Source: Candidatus Hydrogenedentota bacterium
Lineage (GTDB): Bacteria > Hydrogenedentota > Hydrogenedentia > Hydrogenedentales > SLHB01
DNA length: 64,000 nucleotides
NCBI GenBank assembly: GCA_963674865.2
Contig: CAXXYE010000009.1
Coordinates: 992,001-1,056,000 of the forward strand
Direction: 5' to 3'
A program made the translations under genes and the position numbers. Below the pieces are notes generated by a model that was not told the DNA's origin, ran no database searches, and saw only the letters and a list, made by a program, of their open reading frames with translations. Positions 19,582 through 29,132 of the stretch are shown here, in pieces. The number at the start of each line of letters is the position of its first letter. The first letter of the stretch is position 1.

Positions 19582-22068
19582 TTAGAAAGCCATGGCCGGT
19601 GACTCGGCGTGGCAGCGCAGGACGGGCTCAGGTTCTGTCCGGTCAAGGGGGGTAGTATCCTCGCCGACAGCCATGGCCCACAGCTTCTCGAAGGCCTGTT
19701 GAAAACTGCGCCCCTCCATGTATCTTCGGGCGGCGCGCCCCATGGCGGCCCGGCGCACGGGGTCTTCGAGCAGGGCCGCCACCGCCTCGACAAGGCCGCC
19801 GACGCTGTCGCCCGGCACAATGAGGCCTGTCTCCGAGGGGATGACATTCTCGCGAGGGCCGCCCTGATCCGTAACAACTACTGGGATTCCCGATGCTTGG
19901 GCTTCAAGCACTACATTGCCGAAGGTATCGGTGGTGCTAGGGAAGATGAAGAGCTCGCTGGACGCGTAGACACCGGCCAGATCTTCGCCGTCGAGGTAAC
20001 CGGTGAATAGCGCGGGTGTGCCGTCGAGGGCCGTTTCCATTTCCTCGCGATACGGGCCGTCTCCGACCACAACAAGGCGCGCGTCATAGCCCCGCGCGAG
20101 AAGCTCCCTGTACGCTAGGGATAGTATGTGGAGGTTCTTCTCCTTAGAGACACGCCCTACATACAGTAGAGTTGGCATGTTACCGGGAGAGTTGCAGTGC
20201 GAACCGAAGCGGTGCGGCCTCTTCCGGGGGTGGAATCGCTCAATATCCACGCCCCGGGGATAGGTAACGACCTTCCCCGGGGCCAACCCTCTTGCGATCA
20301 ACTCTTCCCCAGTGGCCGCGGACGGCACAAAAACAGCATCTAGCTGGGCGTAAAACCAGATCATGAACTTCCAGGAAAGCTCTTCCATGTAAGCGTCGCC
20401 CGTAAGGGCCTTGGTGTACTGCGGAAAGGCTGTGTGATACGTGCCGGTGATGGGAAGCTGAAGTATGCGCGCCACCCCGAGAGCCGCCAGCCCGACGGGG
20501 CCGGGCGTGGCCACCTTGATATGCGTAAACGCTTGATCGTAGCAGTCAAGCAGCATCTGCAAGAAGGGCGGCATGAAGAGCTGCAACTCCGGATAGGAAG
20601 GCACGGCGCATGTCCCTACCGGCCGGTAACATACCAAGCCGTCGTCGGCAGGCCCCGCCTCGGGACGGCAGGTGATCACCGAGTAATCCTTGCCGAGTTC
20701 CCTGGCCGTAACCAACTGCTGCTGGAGCGTCAAGGCCACACCGTTTACCTCGCGGAAGGTATCCGTGAAGTGGGCCAGACGCGGCGCCTGCGCCGATACG
20801 TGCCGGGTGCGTCGGCCTTTGCCCAGGGAGTTGAGCACGAGATGGCCGAACCGGCGCTGTTTGGCGAGGATCGAGCATGCCACGTAGTAAGGCGCCGAGA
20901 GGGTGTAGAGCCCGGCGGCGGAGCCCAGGGAATGGAACAGGTCGAATAGGCGCCCCCCCGCGAAGCGATCGATGACGTGGCCGCCAAGCTCCGCGAGCAC
21001 TTTGTTGGACACTCGGTTGACGAACTCGTACCAAGCTTTGTCCACATCGTTATCCAGCGTTCCACGGACGATATTCCTCAACTCCGAATCATTTTGGATG
21101 AGTCTTTCCGCCTCCGCCCGTGCCGTATCAAGCAGCGAGGCGCCGCCGTTCGCCGAGGCCCTTGCACGCCACCGGCGTGATAAGAGCAGGTAGAATCGCG
21201 ACAGTTTTGGCTCTTTGCGGCAAGAGGCCCGGAGTGTTCTGTCGAGGAAGCTAAGGAACACGTCCTTCTGCACGTAGCGGTCGAGGCGGAACTTGCTCTT
21301 ATGGAACTGGTAGGCAATGCTGTAGACGTTCCGGGCGTATGCCTTGGGCGAGGTGGCTCGGCACTGGATCTGTGCCCGGCCCTCGTTCACGCCCTGCCAG
21401 AACTCGTTGAAGTCCCGGGCATTTCGCACTTCGGTGTAGGCGGCGGCGAGCGTCAGCGAGCTGTGGTCATCCGACCCCGCAGTGAGATGCTTCTCCCAGG
21501 GCTTGTCGAAGAAGGGCTCCATCCGGTGCTTCGCTGCCAGGTCCGCGATCACCTTCGGTGTAAGGCCGGCGAGCAACTTACGCAAAGCCGCGTTCATCTC
21601 GGGATGGACGTCGCCGTTGCACTCCCAATTCCTGAAGAGCAGGATGAGCTGCTCGATGTGCTCGAGGGTGAGCCGGCCGTTGGGGCCGTACAGCGGATGG
21701 GCGCACGTGTGAGGGATCTTCTCGCGCCGGAGGTAGCCGGCGAAGTCGTAAAGATTCTCACGGGCCCGGCACAAGTCGCCGTGCTGCTCTTCGGACATGC
21801 CGTAGGCCAGCACATGGACTTTGCATCGATCCTCGGGGAAGTACGCCGTGTATTCGCAACCAACGAGCGTGTCGGGCAGGTGGGCTATCTCCAGGCAGGC
21901 GTCAATGACGTTGTGGTCCGTGATGGTAACGGCGGTCATTCCGCGGCGGCGCGCCGTGTGGTACAGCTCGAGGGGTTCAGTGAAGCTCTCCGGGCAGCCG
22001 ATCTTCTGCATGAGCCACAAAGACGGCCGTTTTGAGTACTTCGAGTGGCAGTGCAGGTCGATTCTCAT
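19582..22068 (-). CDS. PHP phosphoesterase-GT4 glycosyltransferase fusion
   Basis: PHP motifs DLHCHS, VTITDHN, AHP and AGSDDHS. GT4 motifs FTDTFREVNGVA, ATPGPVG, YHTAFPQY, LYVGRVSKEKN and FPSTTDTFGNVVLEAQASG. Confidence 0.9.
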   Translation of the reverse strand: MRIDLHCHSKYSKRPSLWLMQKIGCPESFTEPLELYHTARRRGMTAVTITDHNVIDACLEIAHLPDTLVGCEYTAYFPEDRCKVHVLAYGMSEEQHGDLCRARENLYDFAGYLRREKIPHTCAHPLYGPNGRLTLEHIEQLILLFRNWECNGDVHPEMNAALRKLLAGLTPKVIADLAAKHRMEPFFDKPWEKHLTAGSDDHSSLTLAAAYTEVRNARDFNEFWQGVNEGRAQIQCRATSPKAYARNVYSIAYQFHKSKFRLDRYVQKDVFLSFLDRTLRASCRKEPKLSRFYLLLSRRWRARASANGGASLLDTARAEAERLIQNDSELRNIVRGTLDNDVDKAWYEFVNRVSNKVLAELGGHVIDRFAGGRLFDLFHSLGSAAGLYTLSAPYYVACSILAKQRRFGHLVLNSLGKGRRTRHVSAQAPRLAHFTDTFREVNGVALTLQQQLVTARELGKDYSVITCRPEAGPADDGLVCYRPVGTCAVPSYPELQLFMPPFLQMLLDCYDQAFTHIKVATPGPVGLAALGVARILQLPITGTYHTAFPQYTKALTGDAYMEELSWKFMIWFYAQLDAVFVPSAATGEELIARGLAPGKVVTYPRGVDIERFHPRKRPHRFGSHCNSPGNMPTLLYVGRVSKEKNLHILSLAYRELLARGYDARLVVVGDGPYREEMETALDGTPALFTGYLDGEDLAGVYASSELFIFPSTTDTFGNVVLEAQASGIPVVVTDQGGPRENVIPSETGLIVPGDSVGGLVEAVAALLEDPVRRAAMGRAARRYMEGRSFQQAFEKLWAMAVGEDTTPLDRTEPEPVLRCHAESPAMAF

Positions 22069-22112
22069 GAGTCTCCAGTCCGCAGCCGATGACCTCGATT
22101 GTCCGGGCTCTT

Positions 22113-22156
22113 AGCATAGTCTGGTGATGTTAGGCCACGAACAGGCACACGTTAGG
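22113..22156 (-). promoter_or_regulatory. Putative Pho-box/OmpR-type 11-bp direct repeats plus a -10 element
   Basis: Minus strand reads CCTAAC-N5-CCTGTT-N5-CCTAAC-N10-TATGCT, 44 nt before ATG 22068. Confidence 0.4.
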
Positions 22157-22219
22157 ATTGCGCAAGTATGGCAGGGCCGGCGATATAGGGCCTGCGGGCG
22201 GCAGGAGATTGGTGGGAGG

Positions 22220-23029
22220 TCAACCCAAGGCGACGTCGAGGACCATCATGATGGTGAAGCCAACCATGACGCCGATGGTGGGGATGTCGGTATCGCCCTT
22301 GCGCTGGGACTCGGGGATCAGCTCCTCGGCGCAGACGAAGATCATCGCACCGGCGGCAAAGGCCAGGGCGTAGGGCAGGATGGGCCGCATGAACACGACG
22401 GCTGCCGCGCCGGCCACGCCGGCCATCGGCTCCACGATGCCGGATAACTGGCCCATCCAGAACGATTTACGCCGGGAGATGCCTTCGCGGCGGAGCGGCA
22501 TGGCGACGGCCAATCCCTCCGGCAGATTCTGGATGCCGATGCCGACGGCAAGGGCGATGGCGCCCGCGAGCGTGGCCCCCTCGATGCCGTATCCCAGGGC
22601 ACCGAAGGCCACGCCGACGGCCAAGCCCTCGGGGGCGTTGTGCAGCGTAATGGCCAGGACAAGCAGCGTGCTTCGACGCCAGGAAGTGTGTATGCCTTCG
22701 GCATCGCCCATAGCCAGGCCGGGATGAAGGTGAGGCAGGATCTTGTCTACCAGCCAAAGAAACCCGCCGCCGGCGAGAAAGCCCACAGCCGGCGGCAGCC
22801 ATGGGGAAAGGCCCATGGCTTCGCTCAACTCGATCGCGGGTGCCAGCAGGGACCAGTAGCTGGCGGCGATCATCACGCCGGCCGCCATGCCCAACATACC
22901 GTCCATCAGCTTCTGGTTTATGGTCTTAGCAAAGAAGACGGGCACTGCGCCGAGGGCCGTCATGAACCATGTGAACAACGTGGCAAGAAGCGCTTGCAAC
23001 ACCGGACTAAGCTCGGTGAATCCGGACAT
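22220..23029 (-). CDS. ZIP (ZupT/GufA-like) divalent metal transporter
   Basis: Motifs [35 protein letters not shown] and [28 protein letters not shown]. Confidence 0.93.
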   Translation of the reverse strand: MSGFTELSPVLQALLATLFTWFMTALGAVPVFFAKTINQKLMDGMLGMAAGVMIAASYWSLLAPAIELSEAMGLSPWLPPAVGFLAGGGFLWLVDKILPHLHPGLAMGDAEGIHTSWRRSTLLVLAITLHNAPEGLAVGVAFGALGYGIEGATLAGAIALAVGIGIQNLPEGLAVAMPLRREGISRRKSFWMGQLSGIVEPMAGVAGAAAVVFMRPILPYALAFAAGAMIFVCAEELIPESQRKGDTDIPTIGVMVGFTIMMVLDVALG

Positions 23030-23080
23030 GGCCGCCTCCTCATGTGATGGCCCTCACGAATCCCGCGTGAAGGCATTCTG

Positions 23081-23650
23081 TCAGAAGAGCAGATGATCAG
23101 CAAGAACCTTCACACCGATGCCTATAAGAATCACCCCGCCGGCTATTTCGACAGCGCGGCCGTAGCGGGCGCGCGTCCTGCTGCCAAGCCAGGTGCCCAG
23201 CGTGGTAAGAGCCGCTGTAATGACGCCAATGACGACGCTCGGATACCAAACCTGGACCTCGAGCATGGAGAAGCTGAATCCGACGGCGAGGGCGTCGATG
23301 CTCGTTGCCGTAGAGAGGGCAACCAGGCTGAGCCCACGCGTGGGATCGGTGGGCGTTGTAGACGGGGCCTCGTGGTCCTTCTTCATGGCCTCGATGATGG
23401 CTTTCAGCCCGATTAAGCTGAGCAGGCCGAAGACAATCCAATGGTCCCACGCGGCAATGTAGCCCAGCGCCCCGCGGCCCGCGAACCAGCCCAAGACGGG
23501 CATCACGGCCTGAAAGAGTCCGAAATGAAAACCCAATCGGAAAAACTGGCGAAAGGAGACATTTCGTAGACTGGCGCCGACGGCCAGAGCCACCGCGAAG
23601 GCGTCCATGGCAAGTCCAACGGCTATGAGGACGAGAACGGACAGGTGCAT
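23081..23650 (-). CDS. mntP: Manganese efflux pump MntP
   Basis: Motifs AVGLAMDAFAVA, FGLFQAVMPVLGW, WDHWIVFGLL and ATSIDALAVG. Confidence 0.92.
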   Translation of the reverse strand: MHLSVLVLIAVGLAMDAFAVALAVGASLRNVSFRQFFRLGFHFGLFQAVMPVLGWFAGRGALGYIAAWDHWIVFGLLSLIGLKAIIEAMKKDHEAPSTTPTDPTRGLSLVALSTATSIDALAVGFSFSMLEVQVWYPSVVIGVITAALTTLGTWLGSRTRARYGRAVEIAGGVILIGIGVKVLADHLLF

Positions 23651-23756
23651 GAGTCTCTCTCGCTACTGCCTCGCACAGCGAGTGCGGGAAGTACAAGGGC
23701 AGCCGGGGCGCGTGCCGATCCCTACTTCGCGATAACGGCTGGACGAACCGATCGCA

Positions 23757-23918
23757 CTACTCGGCCTTCTCATCGATAAGGTTCTGGAGTCCGGCGAGGG
23801 TGTCCACGAGGGAGCCTGCTATGGATAGGGCCTCGTTGATGACCTTGGCTACATCCTCGATGTCTGCGGCGAGGGCGGGACGGCGGGCGACCCGCGAAAG
23901 GGCACTCACATGTTTCAT
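23757..23918 (-). CDS. Small 53-aa protein MKHVSALSRVARRPALAADIEDVAKVINEALSIAGSLVDTLAGLQNLIDEKAE (absent from the ORF track)
   Basis: ATG 23918 follows a strong RBS GAGGAGG. Stop TAG at 23757-23759. It fills the gap between the DUF5916 gene and mntP. Confidence 0.7.
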   Translation of the reverse strand: MKHVSALSRVARRPALAADIEDVAKVINEALSIAGSLVDTLAGLQNLIDEKAE

Positions 23919-23976
23919 CGAACTTCCTCCTCAAAACGGATTGCCTTGTTTCTGCAACGTCGCCGGCCGTTCCGCA

Positions 23977-26085
23977 TCAGAAACGGCGAACGAGCTTCGC
24001 GAATACGCCCTGACCTTCTTCGTCCGCCGAGCGGAAGTCGTTCAACACGACGTATACGTCCCAATCCTCGCGGGGGTACCAGGTGAACAGGAGCGTGAGG
24101 TTGTGACGGTCCTCGGAACTGTCCTCGATTGTGAGTTTCACGCGGGCATCCCACTGGAAAGTATACTCGGTGATCCAACGCCAGAGCCAGACGTCGTGCT
24201 TGCCGTCGTCGGCGTACTCGAGGCGGTAGTTTGCCTCCAGCTCCGTGGTCAGCCGCTCCGTGAGCCGGAATGGTTGGAGGACGGAGTACTCGTCGTAGGG
24301 AACCTCCTGGAAAACGCCGTGGGCGAGAGTACATCGATAGGAGTGCCAATAGTTGCTCAGGTTGTACGAGAGGCGGGTGTTGATCTCCCAGTTGTTGTAC
24401 GGCGCGTGGTAATTGTTGATGTAATTGACCACGATCTCGAATTCATTCCGCCACTCGAAGTTGACCTTCTGTTTGAAGTCACGGAGCGTGGTCTGGCCTT
24501 TGTGGTTCTCGTAGAAGGTGAATGTTGATCCGAGATTCCACCAGCGGAGTGGCCCTTCAGCCACGTAGTCGCCAAGGTCCAGCGTGGCCGAGCCGCCGCG
24601 GATGTCCCGCCGCGGGACGTAGCCGAGGTCTGGCCGAAAGTCCTCGGACACATCTGTGAGGGCAAGTTCCCACACAATAGGCCGCTGGCCGCCCTCAAGT
24701 GTCGCCTCCATGGCGTAGCCGTCTCGTTTGACTGTCTCCGTAGTCTCATATCCGTCGTCATTGACGGTGACGACCTCCTCCTCGTCGTCCATGCCGAGGG
24801 CCTGCGCATAGAGGCTGATGCTATCGCTCAGATAGACACGGGCGTCCAGCCCCCCGATGCGGTTGAAGCCGTCTTCTCGCTCGGAACTGACTAGGATGGC
24901 GCCTATGTGGTTGTCTTCACCGATATTGCGGATGAGCCGTCCCACGAAGTAATTGCCGTCGGGGTGCCCGCCGGCTCGGCCGATCTGTCCCTCCACGTCC
25001 AGCAGGCCCATATTCCATCGTGGTCCGACGCCGGTAATCTTCGCGCCGGCGTCGATGTCCGCCAGGCGACGGCTGTAGTAGACGTCGATAGGAGTATCGA
25101 ACAACTCGGCGCCTTCCTTGAAAAAGGGCCTACGCTCTTCCAGAAAACGCTCCGTATCGCGCAGTTCGATGGTGTCGGGGTCGGCTTCAACCTGCCCGAA
25201 ATCGGGATTAATGGTGAAGGCGGATATGAGCTGGGGGCTCAGGCGCGTGGAGACGTCGAGGCCCGTGGAGGCGTCGTGATCATTGCCCTTGGTATCTCCG
25301 GTGCCGCTGACATAGACCTCAAAGTCGGGCTGGTGCTTGACCTTCACTTGAGACAGGTCGAGGCCGACCAGTGTGCCGAAGTACCGGGGAGAATCGGTGT
25401 CTTCGTTGTAGTAGGACCATGTGCTGTACTCGAGTTCGCCGTTTTCCCTTCGATGGAAGTTGACTCCCCACGTGACATCGTCGCCGGAGAGGTAATGGAG
25501 TTCGCCAATGGGAATCGCCATTTCGGCGAACCACCGGTCTTCGCCGACCGTACAGGCAGCCTGCCAGTCGCAGTCCCAGGAAATGTTCGTACCGAACAGA
25601 CCCTCGCGACTGTCCAATCTCGTGGCGAGGGTGTTCGTGGTGAATACGTAGCGACCGCGGTGGTCGTAGAAGGTATCGAGTTCCACCTCGACGGTGTCGT
25701 CCGTTCCCAATTTGCGGTCGTGTTTGCGCTCGACGGCCTGGATCTTCTCAGGCTCAGGCTCGATACACTCGAACGCGACATAAACGTAGGCGCCGTCGTA
25801 AAGGACCCGTACCAGTGTCTGTTGCTTGGCCGGACGTTTGGCGTCAGTGTCGGTGAAATCCGTGGCGACGGGCGCGTCCTGCCAGCACGGGTCGTCGAGG
25901 ACACCGTCGAGCTTGGGAGGTGTGTCCGTGCGGACGGCAGGGATCGAGGGGGGTACAAAGTCTTCTTGCGCGTAGGCGCAGGCCATGGAGATAAGCAGAG
26001 CGAGAGAAGCGATGAGCGCCGGTGGCGAGCAGATGGAGCGCGACGCGTCTTTGCGGGTAGATAGTGATTCTCTGCGGGGGGACAT
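23977..26085 (-). CDS. CBM9-like sugar-binding domain plus DUF5916 protein, probably an outer-membrane beta-barrel
   Basis: CBM9-like motifs PKLDGVLDDPCWQDA, YDGAYVYVAFEC and WFAEMAIP. DUF5916 motifs TINPDFGQVEAD, ERRPFFKEG and YSRR. Ends in Phe. Start is uncertain. Confidence 0.8.
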   Translation of the reverse strand: MSPRRESLSTRKDASRSICSPPALIASLALLISMACAYAQEDFVPPSIPAVRTDTPPKLDGVLDDPCWQDAPVATDFTDTDAKRPAKQQTLVRVLYDGAYVYVAFECIEPEPEKIQAVERKHDRKLGTDDTVEVELDTFYDHRGRYVFTTNTLATRLDSREGLFGTNISWDCDWQAACTVGEDRWFAEMAIPIGELHYLSGDDVTWGVNFHRRENGELEYSTWSYYNEDTDSPRYFGTLVGLDLSQVKVKHQPDFEVYVSGTGDTKGNDHDASTGLDVSTRLSPQLISAFTINPDFGQVEADPDTIELRDTERFLEERRPFFKEGAELFDTPIDVYYSRRLADIDAGAKITGVGPRWNMGLLDVEGQIGRAGGHPDGNYFVGRLIRNIGEDNHIGAILVSSEREDGFNRIGGLDARVYLSDSISLYAQALGMDDEEEVVTVNDDGYETTETVKRDGYAMEATLEGGQRPIVWELALTDVSEDFRPDLGYVPRRDIRGGSATLDLGDYVAEGPLRWWNLGSTFTFYENHKGQTTLRDFKQKVNFEWRNEFEIVVNYINNYHAPYNNWEINTRLSYNLSNYWHSYRCTLAHGVFQEVPYDEYSVLQPFRLTERLTTELEANYRLEYADDGKHDVWLWRWITEYTFQWDARVKLTIEDSSEDRHNLTLLFTWYPREDWDVYVVLNDFRSADEEGQGVFAKLVRRF

Positions 26086-26330
26086 GCCGCGCAGTCCTGG
26101 GGCCTGTGCGTTTCCCAGACGGGCCGTCCGTGTCCTGCCACGGCTGGATACATACAGTTTCACAACGGGAAGGTACAACATTCGAGTAACCTCTTCGCGA
26201 GGAGACACGCAAAGCAACCTGCAGCCGCGGGACGCAACGGAATCATAGACGGATGAGGCGGCACGGGTCAACCGGTCTGCCGGATCCTTCTTGCGGGTCT
26301 GGAGTCCATTTTCGCGGATGCTACAGCGTG

Positions 26331-27677
26331 CTACGTGAACTCCAGCAGGCGCGGATTCTTGATCCACCGGCTGGTGGCGGAGGCCATCTCGCGCACCATG
26401 GCCCGACATTGGCCAATGCTCAGGCGGGAGCAGAGGGGATCGGTATTGACGAGCATGACGAGTTCATCGAAGGAGCCCGTCAGCGCGATATCGATGGATG
26501 CTTCCTGGCGGAGGGCATGGGGAACCACGATGGGGGTCAGGGCATCCGGCAAGGGTGAGCAAAGCGGATGAACGCCCGCCCCATCGAAGAGACAACGCGT
26601 GTCCACGACACTGCCCGCCGGCAATTGCGGAGTCTGGCCGACGTTGGTGTAGTTCGTGGTCCAGAAAAGCGTCCGGCGCCCGAGTAGTGCCTCGACCATC
26701 TTCGCGAGAGGGTCATCGGCCAGCCCGAGTGCATGGATATAGGCCTCGTCGCCCGTGTCGATATAGGCTTCGATGTGGCCGCGCTTCTCGTCGCGCGCCT
26801 TCTCGCGGCCGGGGATAGCCGTGCGTCCCAGGCCATACGGCAAGACCTCATTGCCGGGGAGTATCCATGGCCAGTTCTCGACGGTGTGCCGGTCCGGCAC
26901 GGCCGGCAGGTAGCCGAACTCGGCCCAGGCGGCGAAGGCCACGCGAAAGGACGCGGGCCTGTAGGGCAGCCCCTCAACAGGCTCTTGGGAAAGGGAGAGG
27001 TCCTTCCCGCTGCGATATCCCATGTCTTCGAGTTGCGCAAGAACATCCATACCATCGGCGTGGAGGCGCGTGAACCAGGTGCCGTGATCGATGCCGGCAA
27101 CGGTGAAATCGAGCCGGGCATCGACTGTAGCGCCGGCAAGTCCGGCAAAGGTCCGGGCGGTTCTTTCGACGGCATGGCAGCTCCCGAGTGTCTTGATGCC
27201 GAAGTTCCGCTGCGGGGTGCGCGTCAGCACCGTCATGGGATTGCTGACGTTGATGAGCCAAGCATTGGGGCAGTGGCGCTGCATCGCTTCGCCGATGTCA
27301 TTCAGCACGGGAATCGCTCGCATGGCGCGCAGCCAGCCGGCGGGGCCTACGGTGTCGCCGACGGTGTGATAGATGCCGTAGCGTTCGGGAATCTCGAGAT
27401 CGTGTCGCATGGCGTCGAGCCCGCCGATGGCGATAGCCACCCAAACGTGATCGGCGCCGTCGAGAGCGGCAGCTAACTCGGTGGTGTGCTCGATGGTGAT
27501 GCGCGAGCCGTGGGCCGCATTGTAGATGCCGGCGGCTTTGGCCACCAGCTCAAGCGCCTCCGGATTCAAATCCATCAAGACGAAATGGATATCCTCCAGG
27601 TGTTCACTATTGACGAGCTGGCGCACGAATCCCATCGTCCATCCATAGCTGCCGCCGCCGATCATGGCGATTTTCAT
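26331..27677 (-). CDS. GH4 family NAD-dependent glycosidase (alpha-galactosidase/MelA-like)
   Basis: Motifs KIAMIGGGSYGW, VGDTVGPAG, INVSNPM, GSCH and AGIDHGTW. Confidence 0.88.
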   Translation of the reverse strand: MKIAMIGGGSYGWTMGFVRQLVNSEHLEDIHFVLMDLNPEALELVAKAAGIYNAAHGSRITIEHTTELAAALDGADHVWVAIAIGGLDAMRHDLEIPERYGIYHTVGDTVGPAGWLRAMRAIPVLNDIGEAMQRHCPNAWLINVSNPMTVLTRTPQRNFGIKTLGSCHAVERTARTFAGLAGATVDARLDFTVAGIDHGTWFTRLHADGMDVLAQLEDMGYRSGKDLSLSQEPVEGLPYRPASFRVAFAAWAEFGYLPAVPDRHTVENWPWILPGNEVLPYGLGRTAIPGREKARDEKRGHIEAYIDTGDEAYIHALGLADDPLAKMVEALLGRRTLFWTTNYTNVGQTPQLPAGSVVDTRCLFDGAGVHPLCSPLPDALTPIVVPHALRQEASIDIALTGSFDELVMLVNTDPLCSRLSIGQCRAMVREMASATSRWIKNPRLLEFT

Positions 27678-27879
27678 ACCTTGCGCTCTCCTCTTCTGTT
27701 CGTAGATTTCTTGTGATGGGCTTGCATGTGCTAATCATAGCCGCGCACGCACGCGCCCTCAAAGTGACTTCATGCAAGTAGGTCAGATTGGCCTATCATT
27801 CAGACTGGTTCTTTGTCTATCCTCCTCTTGTCCACCGAAAGAGTGTAGGAGATTGAGGCGTAGCAGGACAAAAGCAAAC

Positions 27880-29049
27880 ATGAGTCGGGTTTTCTTCGAA
27901 CCGGATAGCATCCTACGGGCCACCTTCGTGGATCGGCCCAACCGGTTCCTCGTGCGCTGCCGCTTGCCGGAGGGAAAGCGCATCCAGGCCTTCCTACCGA
28001 ATCCGGGGAGACTATCGGAGCTGCTGCTCCCGGAAACGCCGCTACGCGTCGTTGAATCCGCGAAGACGGATGGGACGCGCAAGACACGCTTCACGGTGGC
28101 CGCGGTCGAGCGCGAGGGGACGCCGATATTCCTGGACACGCACTTGACGAACGCGGTGGCGCGTTACCTGCTGGAGGCGGGGCGGGTCCCCGGGCTTGCC
28201 GGCGCCAAGATCATCCGCGCGGAGGCGCCGGTGGGCCGAAGCCGGTTCGATTTCCTACTGGAAGAAGGCGGCCGTCCGATGTACCTGGAAGTGAAGTCGG
28301 TGACGTTCTTCGGCGGCCGCGTCGCGATGTTTCCGGACGCCATCACGGCCCGTGGCAGGCGTCATCTGATAGAGTTGGCGGAGCTGTCGCGCGCCGGCAC
28401 GCGTACGGCGGTGCTCTTCGTGGTGCACCATCCGGACATCGATTGGTTCATGCCCGACTACCATACGGATCTGGCGTTCAGTAAGACCTTTCTGGCCGTG
28501 CGGGACGCGGTGGAGTTCCATCCCGTATCCGTCCGGTGGCGCAGGGACCTGACTCTGGCCGATAAGGTCAAACCGGTGGCGATTCCCTGGGAATACCTCG
28601 AACGCGAGGTGGCCGATCGGGGGGCGTACATTTTGTTGCTTCATCTGAAACGTCGGCGCCGTGTCAGGGTCGGCGAACTGGGCGTCTTCACCTTTCCCAA
28701 GGGGCACTATCTGTACGTTGGTTCGGCCATGCGAAACCTTACCGCGCGCATCGCCCGCCATGAGCGCCGCCGGAAACGGCTGCATTGGCACATCGACTAT
28801 CTTCGGGAGGCGGCGGACTCGTGCACGGCCCTGCCCATCCACTCTTCACGCCGCGAGGAGTGCGCTATCGCGAATGCCTTGGGCGGGCTGTTCCAGTACG
28901 GCCCGACAGGCTTCGGCGCCTCCGATTGCGCCTGCCCGGCACACCTGTTTTATGCGGCCGCCGACCCGCTCGAGCAGCGGGCTTTCCACGACGTGCTACA
29001 GGACTTGCGGATGCGTCTGCCGGAGCGCTCTGCGAACAAGCCGGGCTAA
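27880..29049 (+). CDS. sfsA: SfsA nuclease fused to a C-terminal GIY-YIG (DUF123-like) domain
   Basis: SfsA motifs RPNRF, LPNPGRLSELL, SRFDFLL, EVKSVT and FPDAITARGRRHL. GIY-YIG motifs GAYILLL, YLYVGSA, RIARH, HWHIDYL and GFGASDCACPAHL. Confidence 0.92.
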   Translation: MSRVFFEPDSILRATFVDRPNRFLVRCRLPEGKRIQAFLPNPGRLSELLLPETPLRVVESAKTDGTRKTRFTVAAVEREGTPIFLDTHLTNAVARYLLEAGRVPGLAGAKIIRAEAPVGRSRFDFLLEEGGRPMYLEVKSVTFFGGRVAMFPDAITARGRRHLIELAELSRAGTRTAVLFVVHHPDIDWFMPDYHTDLAFSKTFLAVRDAVEFHPVSVRWRRDLTLADKVKPVAIPWEYLEREVADRGAYILLLHLKRRRRVRVGELGVFTFPKGHYLYVGSAMRNLTARIARHERRRKRLHWHIDYLREAADSCTALPIHSSRREECAIANALGGLFQYGPTGFGASDCACPAHLFYAAADPLEQRAFHDVLQDLRMRLPERSANKPG

Positions 29050-29132
29050 TCCACGACGAAGCCGTCTTTCTCAAGTTCGCGCGCGAGATAGGCTTTGGAG
29101 ATATCTCCGTAGGCGACAACGCGTTGTGCGTC
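29046..29132 (-). repeat. Inverted, diverged copy of the last 87 nt of the gene at 1-729 (gene-tail remnant)
   Basis: Encodes DAQRVVAYGDISKAYLARELEKDGFVVD* versus DRQRVVAYRDVSKSDLARELEKDGFVVD* at 643-729. 70/87 nt are identical by manual alignment. Confidence 0.9.

Noticed and set aside
23651..23756. yybP-ykoY Mn riboswitch upstream of mntP
   Set aside because: Only a partial GAGGCAGTAGC resemblance close to the ATG. I could not build the four-way junction, and an Rfam scan is needed.
29046..29132. Diversity-generating retroelement TR/VR pair with 643-729
   Set aside because: Mismatches are not adenine-specific, many are synonymous third-position changes, and there is no reverse transcriptase in the window.
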